18,087 nucleotides of DNA from Anaerohalosphaeraceae bacterium. GTDB lineage: Bacteria; Planctomycetota; Phycisphaerae; Sedimentisphaerales; Anaerohalosphaeraceae. The stretch spans positions 1-18,087 of the forward strand of contig JBNRMN010000051.1 of assembly GCA_050309605.1 (NCBI GenBank), given 5' to 3'. Position numbers and translations under genes: made by a program. The notes under the pieces were generated by a model. That model was not told the origin of the DNA. It ran no database searches and saw nothing but the letters and a program-made list of their open reading frames with translations. Below, one piece after another: positions 8,844 through 18,087 of this stretch; position 1 is the stretch's first letter; each line of letters begins with the position of its first letter.

Positions 8844-9269
8844 CTATTCGTCCTCGTCTTGGGACATGACCGGACGATTCTCTTGGGCCCAAGCTCTGAA
8901 CTCGGCATTTCCACTGCGCATTCGTTCGATGGCCAGCATTTCCGTCTCCAGCCCCTGATCACCCTGCGAAACCATCCATTGTCTCAGTTTCTCTCTGAGC
9001 TCCTTTGGAAAAATTCACCAGATCATTCATATCCACCCGGTCGCTTCCGTCAACATGACAAGTCGGCTCACTGTCCAGCCAGCAGGAAACCAAAATAGCC
9101 AAATCATTTATGTCCACAAAACAATTGCCATTCAAATCAAAAACGACGCCACAATCAAGACCATATTAGGACGAGGGGGTGTTTCGTTGGGTATCGCTTT
9201 TGTCCAGGGCATGAAAGATAGAGATGCTGCGGCAAAGCCCGTTTTCTGCAAAAAGGTACGTCGATTCAT
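8844..9269 (-). pseudogene. Chimeric relic: sulfatase N-terminus + dockerin-like repeats + sulfatase C-terminus
   Basis: Manual translation. 9269-9147 reads MNRRTFLQKTGFAAASLSFMPWTKAIPNETPPRPNMVLIVA (AAAGG RBS, stop at 9134-9132). In another frame, 9141-9004 reads FDLNGNCFVDINDLAILVSCWLDSEPTCHVDGSDRVDMNDLVNFSK. 9005-8844 reads KELREKLRQWMVSQGDQGLETEMLAIERMRSGNAEFRAWAQENRPVMSQDEDE*. Confidence 0.85.
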
Positions 9270-9361
9270 ATTGAAGCCTTTCGCTATTTCATTTCATACT
9301 TATTTTTCTGCAAAGCTATGCCGCTACGTTCACTCTGCTCTGGCCGGAATATTCTCTTTGG

Positions 9362-10795
9362 TTATTGCGGTTTCAGTTCAGATAGCGCCGGAGAGACCGG
9401 TTTGGGTTCGCTTCGCGGGTATGGCTCGTCAAAGACCGCTTTCGTATCCCCCTGCGCATCCATCCATTCTTTGAGCCGTCGTCGCAGCCGTTGCAGCGTG
9501 TCTCGATGCTCCGGCAAGTCCGCCAGATTGATCAACTCGAACGGATCGTCCTGAATATCATACAGCTCTTCTTCAGGACGTACATGATAACGATCCACCA
9601 GCCAGCGGGCACGGGGATCGTCCTCGGCCGCCTGCACCCAGGAATACCAAAATTCCAAACCATCCTGATTTCTGCCCAGATCAATGTGCGTTGTGTAATA
9701 ACAATCCGACCGCAGGTTTAGAATGTATTTATATCGCGCCGTACGGATACTGCGCATCGGATAGACATTCATCCGTCCATCGCCGCTGTGGGTGGTAAAG
9801 ATTTCGTCACGATGACGGTTTGTCTGTCCCCGTAAAAGCCCCAGAAATGATTGCCCGTCGATATCCTTTGGCGCTTCGCCTCCGGCCGTCTCAATCAGCG
9901 TCGGCAGAAAATCCACCCAACTGACCATGGCGTCCGTCTTTCGGCCCGGCTGAATTACGCCGGGCCATTCGACCAGCAGCGGCGTGCGCGTACTGACATC
10001 ATACAAATTCCACTTGCCGAACGGCCATTGAGAACCGTGGTCGCTGGTGTACATAAACAGTACGTTATCACCAAAATGACGGCGGATCAATGCATACGCC
10101 TGCCCCAAATCATGATCCACTTTTTCAACCGCTGAAAGATAGCGCGTGCGGTATTGGCGGGTTTTCCAATTATCGTAAATAGTGGGCGGCAACGCGATGA
10201 CCCTCGGATCAAAACGCTCGTTTTGCGGCCACGGACCGAGCACATGGGTCCAGCGGCAGCCGATAAACAGGCATAATCCCTTCTGTGAATCACGAGACTT
10301 CAGATAGCGATCAATCGCCTCAATATTGACCCCGCTGCCCCCGCGATTGACATGATCGAAGCCGGCTTCATGAGCCGGTCGAGCAGGCCCATGGGCGACT
10401 TTTCCAAATGCCGCCGTCTCATACCCCAGCGCCCGCATATAAGCCGGCAGCTGCTTGACCCCTTCGCGTGGATAAGTGTGATTGGCCTCGGCGCCATTGC
10501 GGGCCGGCATCAGACCGGTCAGCATCGCCGCCCGGCTGGGCGCACAGGACGGCGATGCGACAAACGCCTGGGTAAATGTCAGGCCGTTATCCGCCAACCG
10601 CTGCATATGCGGAGTGCGTACATTGACAGAACCGTACACCGTACTGTCAAAATAGCCATGATCATCAGCCACAAAAACCACAATCACAGGTTTTTGTTTG
10701 TCAGGTTGTGTGCCTGCTGCACCTGTAAACCGATTCAAAGCGGCCAATGAAACGACACCGGCCATCGTCTTCAAAAAATCGCGGCGAGACTTCAT
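9362..10795 (-). CDS. Cys-type S1 sulfatase, SGSH-like, Tat signal (477 aa)
   Basis: 'KSRRDFLK', 'KPVIVVFVADDHG', 'CAPSR', 'GKVAH', 'SDHG', 'GKWNLYD', 'RPEEELYDIQDDPFE'. RBS AAAGGA upstream. Confidence 0.93.
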   Translation of the reverse strand: MKSRRDFLKTMAGVVSLAALNRFTGAAGTQPDKQKPVIVVFVADDHGYFDSTVYGSVNVRTPHMQRLADNGLTFTQAFVASPSCAPSRAAMLTGLMPARNGAEANHTYPREGVKQLPAYMRALGYETAAFGKVAHGPARPAHEAGFDHVNRGGSGVNIEAIDRYLKSRDSQKGLCLFIGCRWTHVLGPWPQNERFDPRVIALPPTIYDNWKTRQYRTRYLSAVEKVDHDLGQAYALIRRHFGDNVLFMYTSDHGSQWPFGKWNLYDVSTRTPLLVEWPGVIQPGRKTDAMVSWVDFLPTLIETAGGEAPKDIDGQSFLGLLRGQTNRHRDEIFTTHSGDGRMNVYPMRSIRTARYKYILNLRSDCYYTTHIDLGRNQDGLEFWYSWVQAAEDDPRARWLVDRYHVRPEEELYDIQDDPFELINLADLPEHRDTLQRLRRRLKEWMDAQGDTKAVFDEPYPRSEPKPVSPALSELKPQ

Positions 10796-10843
10796 TCGAC
10801 ATCCTTTCCCGTTATCTCGATTCCACTTGCATTCATAATCCTG

Positions 10844-13738
<2,895 letters not shown>

Positions 13739-13814
13739 TTCGGTTCCTTTCCGTATCACAAAATGTTATTTCAAACTCGATGATTCACGGCTTTCAGATG
13801 TTGCCGCCAAACTG

Positions 13815-15317
13815 TCAAAGTCTAAGCGCTTCCGGATGACGATCGAGAATCTTACGAATTTCTGCAACGATATCCGGGTGATCGGCGGCCAAATTACGGC
13901 CTTCCAGGGGATCCGTTTGATAGTCATAAAGCTCGTATATCGCTGTCTCCTGCGGTTCATTGGGGATCTTCCATTCGATCAGACGATAGCGATCGGTTCG
14001 AATCGCCCGGCCCACCCGACGACCGCGAGGAAAAACATGATACGCATGATCTCTGACGCGAACAGAAGGGTCACGCAAGACCGGCACCAAACTGACACCA
14101 TCAATCGGCTGGGGAACCTCATCTCCGGGATGCGGAAGTCCGGCCAATGCTGTCAGAGTAGTATAAATATCTACGGTTTCGGCAAGCTGATCGGTGTGCG
14201 TTCCCGCCTTGACAACACCGGGAGCGACAAACATAATCGGAATCCGATTGGCCTGCTCATAATTGGTGTGCTTGGTCCAGTACCCCAAATCGCCCAAATG
14301 ATAGCCGTGGTCGCCCCACAGCGCAATGATCGTGTCGTCAGTCATTTTAAGTCGATCCAGTTCATCCAGCACACGCCCGATCTGGGCATCCACAAAGCTG
14401 ACACAGGCATAATAGGCATGAATCAATGTCCGCTGAAGTTCTTCATCGAAAGGCGTTTTTCGCTCAATGGGTTCGTACTGGTCAATCTCAATGTATCCTT
14501 TACCGGCAAACGGCGGCGCCAGTTCCGGCGGCCTCTGTCGAGCCGCCAATTCAATCTCGGCCGGATCATACATGTCCCAATATTTCTGAGGCGCACAGAA
14601 CGGAAGATGCGGCTTGACAAACCCCAGCGCCAAAAACAACGGCTCGTCGCGGCCTTGAGCGTCCCGCAAGCGTTTGATTCCCTCATCGGCAATCCGACCG
14701 TCCGCATAAGCATTGTCCGGCACATCGGCCTTTTCCCAGGCGTGCCCACGCGGCAGACTGCCGATACGATTCAGCTGCTGGTTCGTAAAATAGGCCTCTT
14801 CACGCGTCAACTGCCCGCCGGCGGAATTTTCCGGCAGTAGATACTCCACCACCGGTTCGCGATGCGGGGGTACACTCCAGGACTCCGGATCACCCGTATT
14901 GCCGTGCCCAAAATGGAAGATTTTGCCAATACTCTCAGCCCGCCACCCATGACGCCTGAAGTACTGACTCATCGTTACCGCGTCGGGATAGACTTCACGA
15001 AACGGCCTGCCAAGGCCATACAGACCCAGCGACGTCGAGCGACTGCCCAACATCAGATTGTAACGCGACGGCGCACAGACCGCTTGATTGCAATAAGCTT
15101 TATCAAACGTCATCCCTCGCGACGCCAACCGATCCAAGTTCGGCGTTTTGGCCAAAGGATCGCCATAACAACCCAACGCAGGCTTAAGATCATCCACACA
15201 AATTAGTAATACATTCGACTTAGTCTTACCGGACGACTCCGCCGCAAAAGCACATCCACTCATAACGAGCGAACCGGCCGCCGCACCCATCCATTTCATA
15301 AAATCTCTGCGATACAT
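13815..15317 (-). CDS. Cys-type S1 sulfatase, iduronate-2-sulfatase-like, Tat signal (~500 aa)
   Basis: 'MYRRDFMK', 'NVLLICVDDL', 'YCNQAVCAPSR', 'GKIFH', 'LGFVKPHLPF', 'GDHGYHLG', 'WTKHTNYE'. Start at 15317 (or 15320) has GGGAG upstream. Confidence 0.93.
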   Translation of the reverse strand: MYRRDFMKWMGAAAGSLVMSGCAFAAESSGKTKSNVLLICVDDLKPALGCYGDPLAKTPNLDRLASRGMTFDKAYCNQAVCAPSRYNLMLGSRSTSLGLYGLGRPFREVYPDAVTMSQYFRRHGWRAESIGKIFHFGHGNTGDPESWSVPPHREPVVEYLLPENSAGGQLTREEAYFTNQQLNRIGSLPRGHAWEKADVPDNAYADGRIADEGIKRLRDAQGRDEPLFLALGFVKPHLPFCAPQKYWDMYDPAEIELAARQRPPELAPPFAGKGYIEIDQYEPIERKTPFDEELQRTLIHAYYACVSFVDAQIGRVLDELDRLKMTDDTIIALWGDHGYHLGDLGYWTKHTNYEQANRIPIMFVAPGVVKAGTHTDQLAETVDIYTTLTALAGLPHPGDEVPQPIDGVSLVPVLRDPSVRVRDHAYHVFPRGRRVGRAIRTDRYRLIEWKIPNEPQETAIYELYDYQTDPLEGRNLAADHPDIVAEIRKILDRHPEALRL

Positions 15318-15391
15318 CATATCTCCCATACTATCTGCAATCCTTTCAATCAGGAACACACACGCTGTACAGTTGTACCGTATTTTCATTT

Positions 15392-16231
15392 TCAACGCAG
15401 ACTATTCATCCACTCCGGCCAGGCATTGGGCGGAACCGTGCCGGTCTGGTAGCTCTTATGCCACTTCAACGCCCACAACCCTTTGAGTGGAACCTCTTCG
15501 ACGTGAAGATCGACAAACAGTGCGTTGATGCGCCCGCGATGACGAGGAAGACAAAAATGGGATATCTCGGCCTCAAAACCGCTCCAGCGTTCTGTCTGCG
15601 GCGGCGCAGAAATCCGAATCCCGCGATCATCCCACGGTCCGCCGCCGCGCCACATCGCATCCAGCATCATCGGAACCTGACTGGCAGACGGCACCCCCCC
15701 AACAGTCTGCCAGTAATCCGACGCCTGGCGCTGCTGAACAGCACCGTTCTCATTGCCGCTGTTGCTGCACCAATTGTTCATCCCGTAGCTGCACAATTCC
15801 GCCTCGGTAATCCCGGCCGCCTGCTCGGCCACACTGGGCGCCCCCATCGCATAGGCATAGCGAACCCCGCCATGGGCGTCAAAATGGTAGCTTCCATCGG
15901 CTTGGATAAACTCCGGATTTTCCAAAGACGCCGTCGGGCACAGCAGCATCTTTTTTCGATCTTCCGGCATATATGAGCGAATCGCCTGAATCCAGGAACC
16001 GCGATGATAGCCGCCCCCGCCCACAACTTGCCAATACGGAAAACGGGCATCATAGTGATCGGTGTACATCTTCCAGACCAAACCCCATTGTCGCAAATTG
16101 GACCGGCAAATTGTCCCTTGAGCCATATCTTTGGCCTTTTTCAGGGAAGGGACAACAATCGACAATAGCAACGCAATGATCGCAATGACCACCAACAATT
16201 CAATCAACGTAAATCCTTTTCTATCTTTCAT
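15392..16231 (-). CDS. Prepilin-type N-terminal cleavage/methylation protein, planctomycete DUF1559-like (279 aa)
   Basis: Class III signal 'KG|FTLIELLVVIAIIALLLSIVVPSL', 'CRSNLRQ', 'LLCP', 'SYGMN', and C-terminal 'RHRGRINALFVDLHVE' (H-X9-DG-like motif). Confidence 0.93.
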   Translation of the reverse strand: MKDRKGFTLIELLVVIAIIALLLSIVVPSLKKAKDMAQGTICRSNLRQWGLVWKMYTDHYDARFPYWQVVGGGGYHRGSWIQAIRSYMPEDRKKMLLCPTASLENPEFIQADGSYHFDAHGGVRYAYAMGAPSVAEQAAGITEAELCSYGMNNWCSNSGNENGAVQQRQASDYWQTVGGVPSASQVPMMLDAMWRGGGPWDDRGIRISAPPQTERWSGFEAEISHFCLPRHRGRINALFVDLHVEEVPLKGLWALKWHKSYQTGTVPPNAWPEWMNSLR

Positions 16232-16330
16232 AATTCACTCGAAACAAAATCAACATTTCAGTCTCATTCAATCGACTTTATAATCAAACGCTGCTGAATA
16301 TTCAATTTGCAAGTTATATTTCTTCGCCCA

Positions 16331-16351
16331 ATAGCCGTCCAGGACGGATAT
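16331..16351. promoter_or_regulatory. Near-perfect inverted repeat just downstream of the GH gene (hairpin or protein-binding site)
   Basis: ATAGCCGTCC-A-GGACGGATAT has 9 of 10 positions complementary. It lies 11 nt past the stop at 16363 and has no U-tract. Confidence 0.4.
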
Positions 16352-16362
16352 CGCTGAATCCA

Positions 16363-17706
16363 TTAGCCATTCCGAGGCGAATCCCTCTGTATCCAAGTGA
16401 CAAATATGTGTGCGTTTAATCGCCTGAAATCCTCAGCAAAATGAGGCGCTTCGGCAAGCCGCCCATCCTCAAAAGGCTCGGCAAACACATGCAGCATCGC
16501 ATTGAGATTCCAGGGATTTGAATCCGGCGTCACTGTCCATCGACCGACATACCAAAATCGATACGCGGCGTACGTGACATTGAACTCCGTGAACAACTGA
16601 TGCATATGCGCAAGATAGTCCGGCTCCCACCAGCGGCGGCTATTCAGGAAATCAGACCATTCCTGTTGAGGGCGGGGATTGTCCCGACAAAAATTTAAAT
16701 AGTCATAGACTTTCATCCCAGGTTCATACCCGTATTGAGCGGCGAATTGAAGGCCCGTCTCATCAGCGCCGAGATTTTCCGACAGATGCGCTTTATAGCG
16801 CCACACCAGTGAAAATTCTGTGACTAAAAGAGGTTTTTGCGTAAACTGGCGGACAATCTCAAGATTGCGACGGCTCTGCGGATATGTCGGATCTGCAACA
16901 CCGTCGGTCAGATCCTCCGTATGGATATGCACATCCAGGCCGACAAGCCCGTCTTTTTGATCCACCATCTCGATAAAGGCTTTGATCCAGGTATTTATCG
17001 CCGATTGCGTGCGATTGTGCAATGATTGCGTGGCACCGCAATAGACCTCGATATGACCGAATTTGTCCGGATTGGACTGCAATAAATCGAGAACATAATC
17101 TGAAACTCTGTCATAAAAAATCACCAGCGGATAGCCGCCGATGCCGCCGCCCCAGTCAGACTGGTAACTGCGAGCAACATCGCTGGGATTCGTTTCGGCA
17201 AACGGCTCATTGCCCACGACAAGTATATTAATATAGGGCGCCATCACATCCAGCAAATCTTCGACGGCTGCAAATAATCCCTGTTCCCGCTCTGAGCCGG
17301 GATAATAATCGGTGATCAATCCCCTCGAAGGATGACCGTCCATATTAAACTTCAGGCTATAAATGACTTTATATCCCGCCTCGGCGGCGGCTTTGATCCC
17401 GCCAAGGCGAGCGTCCGTATCCGGATTGGGCTTGCCCTGGCCGATGCGCGTCAGCACATGTTCATCAAATCCGCGCACCCAGCGCGCATTGATCTGGCGT
17501 AAAGCGGCGTGTGCCTCGGTGTCTGCATAATGCTGGAGCTGCTCGTTGACATTGGTCGAAAAAACAGTCCACGCATGCACCTTACAAGGAATAAAAGTTG
17601 CCCCCAAAAAACAAAAAACGCCCGTCAACATGAAATAGCAGGACCTGCGTATTGCCGACGCAAAATCCCATAGGCGAATGTTTTGACGGTTCTTGTGCAA
17701 AGCCAT
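16363..17706 (-). CDS. Secreted putative glycoside hydrolase, clan GH-A-like TIM barrel, family unassigned (447 aa; alternative start 17631)
   Basis: Signal peptide ending 'VHA|W', 'ARWVRGF', 'ILVVGNEPF' (acid/base-type NE), 'GLDVHIH', 'KPLLVTEFS' (nucleophile-type E). Confidence 0.75.
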   Translation of the reverse strand: MALHKNRQNIRLWDFASAIRRSCYFMLTGVFCFLGATFIPCKVHAWTVFSTNVNEQLQHYADTEAHAALRQINARWVRGFDEHVLTRIGQGKPNPDTDARLGGIKAAAEAGYKVIYSLKFNMDGHPSRGLITDYYPGSEREQGLFAAVEDLLDVMAPYINILVVGNEPFAETNPSDVARSYQSDWGGGIGGYPLVIFYDRVSDYVLDLLQSNPDKFGHIEVYCGATQSLHNRTQSAINTWIKAFIEMVDQKDGLVGLDVHIHTEDLTDGVADPTYPQSRRNLEIVRQFTQKPLLVTEFSLVWRYKAHLSENLGADETGLQFAAQYGYEPGMKVYDYLNFCRDNPRPQQEWSDFLNSRRWWEPDYLAHMHQLFTEFNVTYAAYRFWYVGRWTVTPDSNPWNLNAMLHVFAEPFEDGRLAEAPHFAEDFRRLNAHIFVTWIQRDSPRNG

Positions 17707-17744
17707 CGCTTTTTTTTATCCCTGATTTATACCGACTCTAAAAT

Positions 17745-17784
17745 TTCCTGTCGGGCGGTAAAAAATAAAACCGCCCGACAGGAA
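17745..17784 (-). terminator. Strong stem-loop after the LamG/dockerin gene; probable intrinsic terminator or attenuator
   Basis: Perfect 15-bp stem TTCCTGTCGGGCGGT / ACCGCCCGACAGGAA with a 10-nt loop. It is followed on the minus strand by a short ATTTT tail and lies 24 nt after the stop at 17809. Confidence 0.75.
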
Positions 17785-17808
17785 GGATTCCACTCTCATT
17801 TGTCCGCA

Positions 17809-18087
17809 CTACGGACATTCGTCCTGCGGATACCAGCCGCAATTGAGCCATTCGGAGACAAACATCGCAAAATCAGACAAGCCGACGCGGCAGTCACCGT
17901 CACGGTCAAAACTCAGATCCACATCGTCGGGATTGATACACACCGGCATCTCGCTGACGGCATAGTACAGATCCGCCACTTCAAATTGATTTTTGGCATA
18001 GTTATAGATCCGGACATCGTCCAGTACGCCGTTAAACACACTGGCCAGAACACCCGCGTTCCGCTGCAAAGCGCCGATATACAGCGG
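17809..18087 (-). CDS. C-terminal end (partial; runs off the window) of a LamG-like jellyroll protein with a dockerin-like Ca-binding tail
   Basis: Frame is open to the window edge. 'PLYIGA...FNGVLDDVRIYNYA' is a LamG/ConA-like terminus, followed by 'FDRDGDCRVGLSDFAMFVSEWL', an EF-hand/dockerin-type repeat. Confidence 0.88.
   Translation of the reverse strand, partial: PLYIGALQRNAGVLASVFNGVLDDVRIYNYAKNQFEVADLYYAVSEMPVCINPDDVDLSFDRDGDCRVGLSDFAMFVSEWLNCGWYPQDECP

Noticed and set aside
9004..9150. Programmed frameshifting, an intron or an IS element explaining the chimera
   Set aside because: Rejoining the ends would give only a ~95-aa product with no catalytic core. No terminal inverted repeats, target duplication or transposase are visible.
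8826..9474. + strand ORFs 8826-9098 and 9055-9474 as real gap-filling genes
   Set aside because: They are antisense to the sulfatase/dockerin relic, which explains the region with recognisable motifs. They show no domain signal.

Overview
This moderately GC-rich window holds a glycan-degradation locus. The gene content points to Planctomycetota, probably Phycisphaerae/Sedimentisphaerales (inferred from a DUF1559-type prepilin, LamG plus dockerin-like tails and multiple Tat-exported sulfatases). On the left, a LacI-family regulator (-) is divergent from a + strand operon encoding a sodium:solute symporter, a secreted Asp-box (sialidase-like) propeller and a URO-D/MtaA-like protein. Converging from the right is a ~12 kb (-) strand cluster: a partial LamG/dockerin-like protein, an unclassified clan-A-like glycoside hydrolase, a DUF1559-like prepilin, an iduronate-2-sulfatase-like enzyme, a GH2-GH43 fusion and three further Cys-type sulfatases. 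The most unusual observation is absent from the ORF track. The apparent intergenic gap 8844-9269 is a three-part relic: sulfatase N-terminus, then an out-of-frame double dockerin-like repeat, then a sulfatase C-terminus. The GH gene ending at 16363 has an out-of-frame dockerin-like remnant at its 3' end. No RNA genes, CRISPR arrays or mobile elements were seen. All family calls come from motif reading, not database searches.
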